Origin: Eledone cirrhosa
Lineage: Eukaryota
Direction: 5' to 3'
DNA: 64,000 nt
NCBI GenBank assembly: GCA_964016885.1
Contig: OZ024751.1
Span: 45,880,001-45,944,000, forward strand
Shown: piece by piece, positions 11,780 through 27,466 of the stretch
Position numbering within the stretch: the first letter of the stretch is position 1
Layout: every line of letters begins with the position of its first letter
Position numbers and translations under genes: made by a program
The notes under the pieces: model-generated
Told to the model about the DNA's origin: nothing
The model's database searches: none
The model's input: the letters and a program-made list of their open reading frames with translations, nothing else

Positions 11780-13424
11780 TTCTAACACTGACGCAGTTAG
11801 ATTGATTGCACCATCTAAATCGGACCTTGGCATACTTAGCAAGAATATTTTAGATAGAATCATACCACAACTTAAGGAAATATCTTATTTAAAATTATGG
11901 AATGGGACTAATGAAGTTATTGACTGGTTTAAGGACATTAAATATAAACATAACAATAAATTCATTCAATTGGATATTGCTAATTATTACTCATCTATCA
12001 CTCCTGATCTACTTAATAAAGCCCTTACATATGCATTTAAATATACAGATTTAACTAGCAATGAAATGCACATAATCTTAACTGCACGTAAAACATTAAA
12101 ATTTAGCAACCACCTTTGGACTAGAGCAGATAGGGATAACAATTTCGATATCACTATGGGGTCATCGGACTCGGCGCATTAACGGATCTTGTGGGGCTTT
12201 TTATTAACAATACTTTACATAGGAAAATACCGGAGATGACCGGTGGTTTATATCGTGACGATATGCTATTACTTATTGAAAATAATAATAATTGTGAAAT
12301 AAATAGGAAAAGAAAAGAAATTATACAATTTTTTAATAGCGTTAATCTTAAAGTAGAAGTAGAGAATAATTATAAAATAGTTAATTTTTTAGATGTAACT
12401 TTAAACCTTAATACTGGTCTTTATTATCCATTTCATAAAATAAATGAGAATTTAAACTATGTTAACTTTAATTCCAATCACCCCAGATCCGTTAAAAACA
12501 CTATTGTAAATTCTGTGCAGCAACGTATTTCTAGAATTTCAGCGAATAAAAATATATTTGAAGATAAGGCATAATATTATAACGAAGCGTTAGGTAGAGC
12601 AGGCTATAGTAATGAAATTAAATACATTGACAATAAGGATGTGCCAATTAACCATAACTATAAATATAATTTTAATAGGAAACCTTGCACTAACTAGAAA
12701 ATCAAAAGAAGAAATAGAACTAGAAATATATTATGGTTCGCTCCCCCTTTCTCATTAAGTATTAAAACTCCTATAGCTAAATTATTCTTTAAAGCTCTAG
12801 ATAAGTGCTTTCCTAAGACACAGGTATTACTCAATCTTTAATAGACATACTATTAAACTCTCATATTCCACCACTACGAATTTAGCGCAGAATATTAATA
12901 GAATTAATAATAAAAACTTAAAACCTAACCAGAATAGCATTAATACCTCTAGCAATATCCAATATAATGTTACGACTCCCAATAATATAATTTCAGATAA
13001 ATGTAATTGTAGAAATAAATCTAACTGTCCTCTAAATAATAATTGTTTAGTTAAAAATATAGTATACAATTGTAATGTCAAAACAAATGAAAATTCCTTT
13101 AACTATGTCGGCTCTACTTCCACAGACTTCAAATCTCGTTTTAATAACCATAAATGTTCCTTTACGAATATTGGTAAACAATCTTTAACTTCTCTATCTG
13201 ACTTATTATGGGACTTAAAATCCAAGAATATTAACTATTCTTTACTTTGGAAAATTATTTCCAAAGCTCCTTCATACACTGCTTTATCCAAAAATTGCTC
13301 ACTTTGCGTTGAAGAAATATTCTTTATACTAAAAAGTAAGAACTCTATTAATTTGCGAAATAATTTATTTAGTTCCTGTAAACATCGTTTAAACTCAATT
13401 TTTAAATATATATATAAAATGTAA
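11780..13424 (+). pseudogene. PLE reverse transcriptase-GIY-YIG endonuclease polyprotein, disrupted
   Basis: RLIAPSKSDLG, LDIANYYSSI, FDITMGSSDSA, GLYRDD, FLDVTLNL, SNHP, WFAPPF, CNCRNKSNCPL, IVY..YVGST, CSLCVEE, CKH. Frameshifts near 12180 and 12820; in-frame TAA at 12572 and TAG near 12695. Confidence 0.9.
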
Positions 13425-14626
13425 TATATGATTTATCTCCTTTACATAATGTTTTCTACACTTATATATGATTCATATATATTTAATTTACTTTCTATTA
13501 TCTCTACCTCATATATATACTATATACTTTATATTATTACACCTATCGATAGATTATAAATTTTTTTATATGACTGCTTGAAAAACTTACGGAAGATTTT
13601 AGGAAAAATCCTTTGAAAATTCCTTTGAAAGATATAGAAAAACCATTATTTTCATACCTTCCAATATTTTTATATCTTCAAACGTTTTTAATATATATCC
13701 AAATGTTTATATATATGTGGAAAAACATATGATTTTTATATATATGTGGAATAACCTATGATTTATGCTTTAAATATATTCTTAAGATAAATTTTTTTTT
13801 TTTTTTTTAAATTAAAAAATTTTTTTTTATTTTTTAACTTTATAGCAAATAAATTTATGACTTCGTATAAAATAACATATGGCTCATGTTTTAATTATAT
13901 TCTTAAGATAAAAAATGTTTAACTTTTTAACTTTATAACATTTAATCCTTGGAGTCATCTGAGATCTTAAAAATCACTTGTAACTTCCTTTACACTTCCT
14001 TACTGTTTTTATAATATAATTAAGTGGTTATTCCTTTGTAAACTCTCGTAAATTTTTCATAAATTTAGAATTATTTGGATGTTTAAATTTTGACTTACAA
14101 CTTTTTATAAAATAAACTATACTAGATTTTCTCTAATGTAAAATACTATATATTTATTTAAATAATTTATAATCCTTAACATACACATTTAAACTAATTA
14201 TTAATATTAAATTATTAAATTAAATCTTTAAAATTAGACAAATTTTAATCTTTAATTTTGATTTCTAATTTCTAATTTTTCAACCTATCATTATAAGTAT
14301 TGTAATCAAAACGTAATAAACGCTGCATTATAAATATTATTCTTCCACGTTAATCTTATTTCTTCTTTCACTTAGATATACTTACACTTTCTCCTTTCTT
14401 TTTTCTTTTTTTCTTTTTTTTCTCTCTCCCTTACATATCATCTTCTTCCAACAGTTTAATTTAAATAAACCGTTATCTTTTCAACCTTTCGGACACTCAT
14501 TTGCATACTCACTCATAACTTTGTATTACCCTCAATAAATGTACTAATCTCCACTATCCAGGAAGCTCCAACCGTTAAGGTTGTCTTTTTCCGGGTATGT
14601 CAATATTTATTTATAAAACAAATCTG

Positions 14627-14690
14627 TATTTTATCTGATGAAAGCGCACCATAATTTGCCTTGGTTGCCCTTGAAATATGGTTTTATAAA
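14627..14690 (+). ncRNA. Hammerhead remnant lacking its cleavage site
   Basis: CTGATGA..GAAA retained; 18 nt deleted relative to 6721-6800. Confidence 0.65.
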
Positions 14691-14803
14691 TATAGTTTCC
14701 ATTTATTAATATATTGTGTATTTACTCCACTAACTTGTTGAGTGCTTTAAATCAGTTATAAACATTTTTAAGCTTGTTGAATCCCAACAAATTAAATATA
14801 ACC

Positions 14804-14970
<167 letters not shown>

Positions 14971-15112
14971 ATTTGAAGACTAAAATCCAAAGAGGGCTCG
15001 ATAAGGATAAATATATATCAAATATATAAGAACCGTAGAGCAAATATTTATTAAACATTGATGTTACATATATATATATATATATATGTAACATATTTAT
15101 ATGTATATATAT

Positions 15113-15225
<113 letters not shown>

Positions 15226-15249
15226 ACATCAACATCTTTCTTAATGTTA

Positions 15250-15432
15250 TTGGTGAATTGGCAATATCGGTAGAGGGTCGGACATGCTTTCCAGCATAGT
15301 TACGTCCCTTTACAATCTGAGTTCAAATCCCACCGAGGTTAACTTTGCCTTTCATCCATACGGGTCGATAAAATAAAGTACCAGTAATGTACTGGGTATT
15401 TGCTGGCCTTGTGCCAAAAGTAGAAACAATTA
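15250..15432 (+). mobile_element. tRNA-derived SINE
   Basis: Same family as 2872-3063. Confidence 0.85.
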
Positions 15433-15626
15433 TATATATATATATATATACATACACACATACTTACACACACACACATATATATATATATATACACATA
15501 CATACGTACATATATACATACACATATATATATATATATATTTATATGTATATATATATATGTGTGAGTGTGTGTGTGTACATGTATGTATGTATATATA
15601 TATATATATATATACATATACACACA

Positions 15627-15695
<69 letters not shown>

Positions 15696-16253
15696 TTGTG
15701 TGTGTGTATATATATATAACACATACACACTACCACACTACCACCACACACCACCACACCACCAAACCAGCACATCACATTCTTTTACATTAATGTAGTG
15801 TAACCGTAGAATTTGTGTCTGCGTTTCGTGTAGAAGCTATCATGTAGATGGCGCAAATGGCTGGGCCGTTGTCTTTCTTAATGCAAGCATTCTACAGAGA
15901 AACCAGATTTATGGTCGTTCTATTCTCGCTTTACGTGAGTTTGTGAGATTAGGAAAGATCACAAAACTATTTCTATCTCTTTCGCCTTCTCTTAAAAGAA
16001 ATTCGGCGGACATTGTTTGTTCACTTAACAACTAAATCAACAATAATAATAACATCAACAACAACAACAACAACATCAATAATAATAGTAATAACAATAC
16101 TATTGAAAATAATAACTAAATAAATAACTATATCGAAAACTGTCAAAGCCTAAAATGTCTGCCAAATTATTTGGTTGATACTCGCTAGTCATTGCTTTTA
16201 TAGCGAAATCAAAGGCAAATATAATAATAATAACAATAACAACAACAACAACA

Positions 16254-16326
<73 letters not shown>

Positions 16327-16613
16327 GTAGTAGTAGTAATTCTAATAGTAGTAGTAATATACTAATAATAGTGAGAATAATAAAAATTTCATTTATTTGG
16401 CTCGAGAGCATTTGATGAAAGAGACATGGCAACGACAGGCTACATAGACCGTGGGAGTTTACGGCGGTCAGATGATAACTGGATATTAAAAAAAAAGAAC
16501 CAAAATAAAATAAAAAAATTAAATAAAGATGGTAAAGTAAAGGCGAAGAGAAGAAGAAAAAAATGGAAGGTATAAAAGATTCGATGCTTTTGTACCAGGT
16601 GAGGGTGGTACAT

Positions 16614-16676
<63 letters not shown>

Positions 16677-16677
16677 G

Positions 16678-16758
<81 letters not shown>

Positions 16759-16765
16759 ATATATA

Positions 16766-16918
<153 letters not shown>

Positions 16919-17684
16919 GTATGTATATATTTCAAGACAATGACAGTATCAAACCAAAAAGACATGTTTGCTAATGGACGCTGATGATAATGGCTGACCA
17001 ATTGACCAATGAGGTGTTATGATGATGGCCCGCTGCGAGCAATACCGCAGTAAATTATATAACTTGGGGTTCCTTGTGAGAGTGTGTGTGGGAAGGTGTA
17101 GGGGTTGAGTGCGTATGTGTTTGTGTGTGTGTTTTGGGTGTTGTGCGTGTATGTGTGTGTGTATGTGCGTGTTTTACTACGATAACGATAGTAATAATAA
17201 TAATAAACAGACACATGCATACCATCACACACACATGTACACAGACATGCAAGCTCATACACATATACATAGGCATGCAAACTCATACACATGTACATAG
17301 ACATGCAAACTCATACATACACAGACATGCAATCACACACATATACACATACACATAATTACACTTACTCACACATGCATTTTTATATACGTACATGCAA
17401 ATTCACTCACACAAACACACACACATATGCACTTACAGATACACTTACATATACATTTACAGAGACATTTACACACATATGCACTTACACATACATACAC
17501 ATTTCACTCCCTTACACACATACACTTACAGATTACACACGTATAGATAGACACATACACAGACAGACACACATACAGGTACACACACAAACACACTTAT
17601 ACACACGCATACATTTCACTATATTAATATTTTCACACACACACACATCGTTGTCAATCTGTTGTCAGGCGGGCTGACTCTTAG

Positions 17685-18132
17685 GCTGTCTGTCTGTCTG
17701 TCAGTCTATTAATGTCTGTCTACCTGTCTGTTATCTGTCAGTCTTGTTTGTTTACCTGTGGCTCAACCAGTCTGTCTGTCTCTCTGCCTAAGAGTCTGTC
17801 TGTCCGTCCGTCCGTCAAGCTGTTTGTCTATCTGTCGCTCTATCTGACTGAAAGTCTGTCAGTCTGCCTGTCAGACAGTTTATCAGTGTATCAGACTCTC
17901 TGCCTATCTATCTGTCTATCTGTCAGCCTGTCTGTCAGTCAGTCTGTCTATCTGTTTATCTGTATGTATGTCAGTCAGCCTGTCCATCAATCTCTCTGAC
18001 AGTCTGTCAGCCTGTCTGTCAGTCAGTCTGCCAGTCTGTCTATCTGTCTATCTGTCTGTCTGTCAGTCAGCCTGTCCGTCAGTCTGTCTGTATATCAGTC
18101 TGCCTGCTTGCCAGTCTGTCTGTGTATCAGTC
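17685..18132 (+). repeat. Degenerate (TCTG/TCAG)n tetranucleotide tract
   Basis: Visible in sequence. Confidence 0.85.
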
Positions 18133-18428
18133 TAACATTCTGAACAAAATGGAGTCATTCTTTTTCTTTCGGAAATTAATAGCAGACGATATATCCCAGT
18201 TTCTGATATGGCTGCTATCCCATGTTATTATTTTTTCTCCCGTTTTTCATTTTTGTTTTTCGTCACATATACAACATCTAAACATTTCCCATTATACCTA
18301 CAGCCAGATATCATCCGAATAACACACACTTACCAGCTGCATTTCTGTAGATATACACACATGCACACATGCACATATACACTCATACACATATGCATAA
18401 CTTTGGAAGTGTATGCATATTCTTATGC

Positions 18429-18509
<81 letters not shown>

Positions 18510-18611
18510 CAAACAACAAACATAAACACTAACTCGGGCACATCGCATTCAACACGAATGTACGTCAAGAAAGAATACTCCCTTTATACATACATACATA
18601 TACATACATAG

Positions 18612-18659
<48 letters not shown>

Positions 18660-18732
18660 GCTTGTATATATATATAGGTGTATATATATATGTATCTATA
18701 AATATATGTATGTGTGCATATATGTATGTATG

Positions 18733-18806
<74 letters not shown>

Positions 18807-18807
18807 A

Positions 18808-18897
<90 letters not shown>

Positions 18898-19226
18898 GCA
18901 TACACTCACATATTTATATACATACTTACACATCGATATATACACTAAACATATTGAGTTACAATGTTCCGTGGAACTGTGTGCTTTTTACCAAACAACT
19001 CATTCAATATGTTAATATGGCACCAGCGTCTTTAATTACTAGAGAAGGGTGAGGTAAAGGGAGGTAAGTGGGGGAAGGTCTTACCAGTTACTTAGCAACA
19101 ACTCGGACTTGTACTTCATGTCAACAATTTGGCTTTGTGTGTATGCATGTGTGTATTATTTACTATGTTTATGGGCTTCTGTGATCTGTCTGTGTGTGTG
19201 TTTGTAACGTATGTATGTATATAATA

Positions 19227-19307
<81 letters not shown>

Positions 19308-19478
19308 TTTGTATACATTCCATGTGTTCTTTGTATGGTTAGATATATCAAATTTATGTATGTGTATGTATATATATGTGTGTGTGTGTATGTGTGTTGC
19401 TATGTCTACGTGTGTATATGCACAATATAAATTCATATATACACATGCATTCACCTATATAATATATGTGGTTGTATG

Positions 19479-19557
<79 letters not shown>

Positions 19558-19755
19558 ATGTGTGTGTGTGTGTAAGTATATATATGTATAAGTTTTCTTC
19601 TCGTACGTAATACGTTTACACGCTGGTTTAAGTTTATTTTCCTGACCGGAAGTAAAGAGTAGTGTCTGTTAGTTAATGGTAAACAGCGGCCATTTTGGGT
19701 TTTTGTTGGGTGAAAGTTTGTTGCTTTCGAGAGAGTTTCTTGCCTGTAAAATAAT

Positions 19756-19921
19756 TGTATCTACTTTTTGGCACAAGGCCAGCAATTATCACAGTGTATT
19801 ACTGGTACTTTATTTTATCGACCCCCGTAAGGATGAAAAGCAAAGTTAACCTCAGCGGGATTTTGAACTCAGACCATAAAGGGCCGTAACTCTTTGCTGC
19901 AAAGCATGGCGTCAGACCCTC
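19756..19921 (-). mobile_element. 5'-truncated SINE with 18-bp TSD
   Basis: Flanked by tcttgcctgtaaaataat at 19738-19755 and 19922-19939. Confidence 0.9.
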
Positions 19922-20527
19922 TCTTGCCTGTAAAATAATGATTACTTTCAGTGACAACGACGGCAAATTTGTATGGGGGAAGATGTATATGATTAAATAG
20001 AACTTGGAAGGTATATTGTTGGTCTATATTTCAGACACACCGGAAGGAAGGAATATAAAAACGACATCTTTAACGGCACTTGAACTCGGAACGTACGAGT
20101 AAAAGTGTGTAACCAAAATAAAGCGGTATAACTAAAACACACTGGGCATTTTGTATGCTGCTCTACCGATTTTCCTACCCCGTTGTCTTTATAATGAATA
20201 AAATAATAAAACTTCCTAAAAACTTTGAAAACAATTAGACGGAGTCAAAATGTGATATTTCTTCTCGTTTTCATCATTCGTTACTCTCCTACTCCACCAA
20301 TAACAGTACCGCTGTCTAAAATTGTTAGTATCATGGACACACACATGGCTGAGTAGTTTCCAAGCTCGCTTCGCAAACACGAGATCGTGGGTTTGATTCT
20401 ACAGCTATTGCAGGAGGAAATTTGGTCGACGAAAATTGTTTGGAATCTCGTCGGACGCCATGTACATATAATTCAAAGGTCCGGCTTTGTCACTCATTGT
20501 GTCACATTAACAGCACATGTGTTCTAG

Positions 20528-20961
20528 ATCACTAAGTAACACTCTCCCTTAAATATCATAGCTTACTAACTAACACTCACTCACATATATAGTTAATTAA
20601 CTAACACTCTCACTCAGATATCATAGCTTACTAACTAACACCCTCACTCATATATATAGTTCATTAACTAACACCCTCACTCAAATATATAGTTCACTAA
20701 CACTCTCACTCAGATATCATAGTTCACTAATTAATACTCTCACTCAGATATCATAGTTCACTAATTAATACTCTCACTCAGATATCATAGTTCAGTAACA
20801 AACACCCTCACTCAAATATATATTTCACTAACTAACACTCTCACTCAGATATATAGTTCACTAATTAATACTCTCACTCAGATATCATAGTTCAGTAACA
20901 AACACCCTCACTCAAATATATATTTCACTAACTAACACTCTCACTCAGATATATAGTTCAC
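20528..20961 (+). repeat. ~35-bp minisatellite (cactctcactcagatatcatagttcactaattaata)
   Basis: About 12 visible tandem units. Confidence 0.9.
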
Positions 20962-21004
20962 CGAGAAACACTTTTGATTAAATTAAAAAGTAATAAAAGA
21001 ATAT

Positions 21005-21093
<89 letters not shown>

Positions 21094-21311
21094 CGAGATC
21101 TGGTAAGCGGGGGAGTGGAAGATAAAGCTAGGTTGTGTAAGATGGTATGATCTGCGGGAATTTGAGAAATGGCGGAGGAAGCTTGGGAGAGGGGGGAAGA
21201 TAAATGGTTAACTTGTGTGTAAGAGGTAGGCTGGTTGAGTGAGGAGGATATAGTGATATAGCTGATATGTAATACACATACACACATATATAAATTAAAT
21301 ATATACATATG

Positions 21312-21412
<101 letters not shown>

Positions 21413-21413
21413 T

Positions 21414-21467
<54 letters not shown>

Positions 21468-21570
21468 TTCATATAATGTATACATGTGTATATACATAAA
21501 TTAATATCCCTAAACAAACTTATATACATATATCTACATACATGTATCTAAATACATGGATACATAAAAT

Positions 21571-21607
<37 letters not shown>

Positions 21608-21625
21608 AATGTGTGTGTGTGTGTG

Positions 21626-21662
<37 letters not shown>

Positions 21663-21727
21663 GTGTGTGTGTGTGTGTATGTGTATATATATATATATAT
21701 ATATATAAATGTGTGTGTGTGTGTGTG

Positions 21728-21774
<47 letters not shown>

Positions 21775-22079
21775 GGTCGTAAATACCCCCCCCCCCCATA
21801 CACACACGTACACATACGGCAGCACTAGGGACAGACACAATATATTAATGTATCGCAGAAGTTACGGAAGTTTTGATAGCGGCCAACGTTTAAACAGCAA
21901 TGGCGGAGTCATAAAAACCTTTAAAGTAACGGCTTATCCTTTTGATTACAAATATTACAAAAGAGCGCTGTTTTCTGTGGAAATAGCAGTGATACTTAAG
22001 AACAAACGGCCCTTAATTAGGTTGTGTGTCTCTACAACGCGAAAGAACAACTATAATAATTAGAATAACAACACGAACG

Positions 22080-22280
22080 AACGTTGGACCTCCGTCGGTT
22101 TCGACGGCGATTGTTCCAGTTGTTCGCTCATGAAATTAACCTGCACGTGGCGGAGTATTTCCACAGAAACGTGTGCCCTTAACCTAAATGTGAGGTTGAT
22201 TCAGCGTAACACAGTTTTTGGGGTTGTCAATAGAAGAACCTGCTCATGAAATTAACGTGCAAGTGTCCGAGCATTCAACA
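22080..22280 (+). mobile_element. Second SINE family, 3' domain fragments
   Basis: ttccagttg..gctcatgaaattaacgtgcaagtg..cagacatgcgtaccctt; related to 34720-34860 and 2710-2800. Confidence 0.55.
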
Positions 22281-22669
22281 GACATGCGTACCCTTTACTC
22301 CCCGGGTCAGCCATAAAAGCGGCACCCTTCCTATTGGATTGCTCCCTCGCTAGGCTGTTGGATAAGGTAGCAAGGTAGTTAACCATTCGACTGTGTTGTG
22401 TCCACCACTAACAATAGAAAGGTACAGAATATCATAGCAAATCTGAGGGTCGCTTACGATAGCTATATCTATGGTGACGAGAGGGAGCATTGGAGAAAGA
22501 GGGGGAAGAAAGAAAGAGAGATGAGGAAAGAGAGAAAAAAGAGAGGGAGAGATTTAGTAAACTAAAGCTTATAAGATAGATTTACGATCAGTCATCCATA
22601 AGACAGGATTGTTAAATTGTTTTAAAATTTTCCCAATGAAAAACGTATGTGTATTATAATTAATAATAT

Positions 22670-22851
22670 AGGGTAGTATTGGTAGAGGGTCGGACGTCAT
22701 GCTTTGCAGCAAAGAGTTACGGCCCTTTATGGTCTGAGTTCAAATCCCGCCGAGGTTAACTTTGCCTTTCATCCTTACGGGGTCGATAAAATAAAGTACC
22801 AGTAATACACTGCGATAATTGCTGGCCTTGTGCCAAAAGTAGAAATAATTA
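22670..22851 (+). mobile_element. tRNA-derived SINE
   Basis: Same family as 2872-3063. Confidence 0.85.
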
Positions 22852-22959
22852 TAGTTAATAAGCACTTTATTCTTGTATTTGCAAGCTTTCCTCTCATTTG
22901 AGAACGTTTAACTATAATATACTCATAAGTGTCCAGAAATCCAGCTGACCCATGGAAGC

Positions 22960-23168
22960 CAGAAACACTTTGTGTCCAGCAAGTATGTAAATTAATATCT
23001 CTTCTAGAAGAATAAATGAAAGAGATAGACCAATTTTGACCGTTTTGTAGTAGTGTTAAATAAATAAACAGGATGTATCAAAATGAATCATCCATATCAT
23101 TATATTGTTCATTTGTTTCAAGAATATAGCTTTCTGAAATCAGGTGATTCTTTTTAATACACCCTGTA
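22960..23168. mobile_element. Tc1/mariner terminal remnant
   Basis: Ends in ..gattctttttaatacaccctg-ta, i.e. a TA-CAGGGTG-type TIR on the minus strand; left boundary uncertain. Confidence 0.4.
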
Positions 23169-23504
23169 TAAAATGTTACAAGATTTACCAATCTGTGGTG
23201 ACCTTTCATGATGACTATACATATATAACACAGCAAAGTCAATTTTTCCAAATGCCAGGTTTCTATAGCAGGTCAAGAAAATAATACTTTTAGCCACTGA
23301 TCAATCTACAGACTAGCTATAAAAATAAGAGTTAACCCCCTTTGCAGTTCTGCAAAACTATCGCGTCGTTTCCTTTAATCGGGAAGAGCAGGCAGTTTTT
23401 CCTCTGTCTGGTGGCCATGATGAAAGAGGTTGTGTGGTGAACGCGCTTGAAAGAGTTGGGGACAGGCATTTTCCTCTTCGGCGAATCTCACATTAACTTT
23501 CACA

Positions 23505-23560
<56 letters not shown>

Positions 23561-23708
23561 CATAATATGGAAAATGAAGAATCAGTCATGCATCGTTTTC
23601 CATATTATACTCTGCTCTGAAGGAGCATAGAGTACTCAACCGGCATACTGCCTATGGACGCATCCAAGCAACCTGACTACAAATATATATACATATTTAT
23701 ATATATAT

Positions 23709-23889
23709 AATTGTTTCTACTTTTGGCACAGGGCCAGCAATTATCCAGTACATTACTGGTACTTTATTTTATCGACCCCGTAAGGATGAAAGGCAAAGTT
23801 AACCTCGGCGGGATTCGAACTCAGATCGTAAAGGGACGTAACTCTTTGCTGCAAAGCATGGCGTCCGACCCTCTACAGATACTGCCAAT
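23709..23889 (-). mobile_element. tRNA-derived SINE
   Basis: Reverse complement of the family consensus. Confidence 0.85.
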
Positions 23890-24124
23890 TATATATAATA
23901 TATATATAGTATATATATAATATATAAGCATATATATCCGATCCGTATGTGTATGTATGCGTGTATATGTGTACATAACACCAACCCACTTGCCTTTCTT
24001 TTTTACTTCCCTTCCCAGTGTACTCCCACTCCCTCCATTGACAGTAATTAAAGTGTGAAATTTATTCTGTCTTATCGAGAAGTGGTGGGGCGTAACTCAG
24101 CGGAACCATAGGGTAAATATCTGT

Positions 24125-24326
24125 ATTGGAGTGGAGTGGAGTGGTAGTGGAGTGATTGGGATAGAGTAGAGTGGAGTGGAGTGTTAAAGTGGTTGGAGTG
24201 TTAGAGTGGTGGAGTGGTTGGAAAGGAGTGGTTAGAGTTGTTGGAGTGGAGTGGTAGAGTGGTTGGAGTGGAGTGTTAGAGTGGTTGGAGTGATAGAGTG
24301 GTTGGAGTGGAGTGGTAGAGTGGAGT
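24125..24326 (+). repeat. (GAGTG/GGTTG)-type G-rich simple repeat
   Basis: Visible in sequence. Confidence 0.85.
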
Positions 24327-25488
24327 AATTCCCCTTCCTTGTCCAACCAGGCCATCAAAGAAAGCTGGACATATCCTACAATATATTCTCTTCAAGGCCA
24401 CCTCTAAGGTCCAATGCTTGCTCTCCCACGGTGGGATGATCCCTTCACCAGCAAACAACATGTAGTTTGTCCTACTCCTCTATCATCCTAAAGCCTGGTC
24501 AAAGACATAACGAGTACTCTAGTGTTGTAATGAGGTAGTGCTGGTGCCACTCAGTGGTTGGCGATACGAAGAGTTATTCTAATATTGGTGTTTTCATGCT
24601 CATAAACCAGGGCAAGATGGTTGCTGACTTTTTTCTTCTGTTGAAGATGTTTCTTCAGTGTTGCTATCCGGGTATCATACGATGTTAGTATAGATCTTAG
24701 GCACTGGCGCAGGAAATATTGCCTATTCAGGTCACCATTGATGTTAAGGTTTTTTTTTTTATTAACATTGAACATCTAGCGAGCCCTTACATCCATTTCA
24801 GCCAGTTCTTGCAATGATCATTTCAATAAGCCAAATGTTGGCGTTAGAGTGGGCGCAGCAAATGGGTTATCAGAAATATGCTGAGAGTTCTGATGACCAT
24901 ATTCTCTTTATTCTCCTTAAGTCTTCATTCCTGGAACTCTTATTATTTATGGCTCCATTATATCTGACATGTACAGACCCCTAGTTCATCTTAGGACATC
25001 ATTCTAGGAGAAAGAAACCCTGATGTAAAACCTGCGAAAGATAGCAACCAATGATGTTGGCCTAATCTTCTTTTGGGATATCTATCACCGTTGTTCAGAG
25101 AATGGGATTGGTCCAGTGAAAGGCCTTAATTATTAACTTTAAAAAACCTTCAAACACAGGCATCACTTGATCTAAAGTACTTTCACGTGTGTTGCGTGAG
25201 CATGTCTTTTTCTTTTTTCTCTCACAGCAGCTTGGGCAGAAAGTAATCTTAATCCATTGCAGGGTTAAAACGTCATGTTCGTGCCACCCATGTAGGGGAA
25301 AAAGGTCATGGGATGGCAAATCTCGAAACTGAGATGCAGTCATTACGCATGTATGTATGTATGTATGTATGTATGTATGTATGTATGTATGTATGTATGT
25401 ATGTATGTATGTATGTATGTATGTATGTGTATGTATATATATCTGTGTGTGTGTATGTATATATGTGAGTGTATATATATATAGATAT

Positions 25489-25534
<46 letters not shown>

Positions 25535-25602
25535 TGTTATTCCGGGTTGAATCGGAGGTAACCACAGTAAGTAAGGTACTCAATACATTGCAGAGTATAA
25601 AA

Positions 25603-25649
25603 GTTTCTGATGATTTCTAAAGAATGAAACAGTTCTAGTCCTGTAGAAT
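25603..25649 (+). ncRNA. Minimal type I hammerhead motif
   Basis: gttt-CTGATGA-tttctaaagaat-GAAA-cag(ttctagtc)ctg-TA-gaat; canonical core with GUA triplet, weak helices I and II. Confidence 0.55.
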
Positions 25650-25663
25650 CTCATCTATATTAA

Positions 25664-25991
<328 letters not shown>

Positions 25992-26504
25992 TCAGATTTC
26001 TATCCGCCAACACATCTGCATCAGTCAGCGCTTTGTGTGGTTGTCTTGACAACCGTTTACTATTGCTCACCCGATGTTTGTGGTGGTGATGGGGGATAAT
26101 GAAGGTGTCAGCGTTGGGTGGGACAGGTGGCGGTTGAAATGCTGCAGGGTATGGGGGTGATGTTGGATGTTAGGTGTGGGTGAGGGGGTATTTTCGGGTC
26201 GAAATACCCAGAACTCGTTATATGTGTTACAGGAAGTGTAAGAAAATACCCGCTTCACACACTTTTCATGCCTCTGAAATCTCCCTCTTACCCTCCTTCC
26301 TTCGCATAACCAACCAATAATGGCGTTCTCCCACTCTACCCCTTTTCGCTATTTTCCTGTCTCCTAGTTATCTCCCTTTTTTCCTTGGTCTACTGCAATC
26401 TCTCTCTTTCACTCCATCCCTTTCTCCCTCTCACTCTGCTTCTCTCTTACTCACTCTCTCCATCTCACGCAGTCTTTTTTTCTCCTTATCTCTCATGCAT
26501 TCTT

Positions 26505-26544
<40 letters not shown>

Positions 26545-26552
26545 CCTTCTCT

Positions 26553-26583
<31 letters not shown>

Positions 26584-26701
26584 GCTCTCCCTATTATACA
26601 TCTTCTCTCTCTCACGCACACACAGTCTCTCTGTCCGCCTTACTCTCTCTTTCGCTCTCACGCTTTCTTTCACGCCATATCTCACGCTTTCTATCTCTCT
26701 C

Positions 26702-26755
<54 letters not shown>

Positions 26756-26952
26756 TCTCTCACTCTATCTACCTTCCTCTTTTTCTTTCTCTCTATCTCT
26801 CACTCACTACCCCCTCTCTCTCTTCCCCTTCTCTATCATTCTCCCCCTCTGTCTATCTATATCAAAGTATAATTTGTGTATCAACTTAACACATCTGTAT
26901 TGAGTGCGCAGTAAGTAACTTATTAGGGGTGGAAGGGCGCTCAGCACATTTA

Positions 26953-27013
<61 letters not shown>

Positions 27014-27321
27014 TTATGTATGCATATATATATGTGTGTGTGAGTGAGTGAGTGAGTGTGGCTTCCTGTATATATGTATGTGTCTATGTATGTGTGTATA
27101 TATGTGTATGTATGCATGTATGTATGTGTATATCTATGTTTGTATGTATGTATGTATGTAATAATGTGTGTGTGTAGGTATGCATGTATGTATATGTGTG
27201 TATGTATGTATGTAGGGGCCTTCCCTCAAAACGATTCGGCTTGAAGCACAGGGCATAAGCCGTGCACAAAACCGGATGTGCCAACAAGCATTGCCAACAT
27301 CGCAATGCAGAGTCCAAACCA

Positions 27322-27431
<110 letters not shown>

Positions 27432-27466
27432 CATACATATATATATAGTTACAACAGTGACATAAC

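Noticed and set aside
11780-13424. Selenocysteine recoding or programmed frameshifting in the PLE
   Set aside because: Stops are TAA/TAG and the shifts look like random 1-2-nt deletions.
18948-19012. Hammerhead-like hairpin (aacatattga..tcaatatgtt)
   Set aside because: Core elements incomplete; only an outer stem is supported.
24125-24326. Interstitial telomere repeat
   Set aside because: Units are GAGTG/GGTTG, not TTAGGG.
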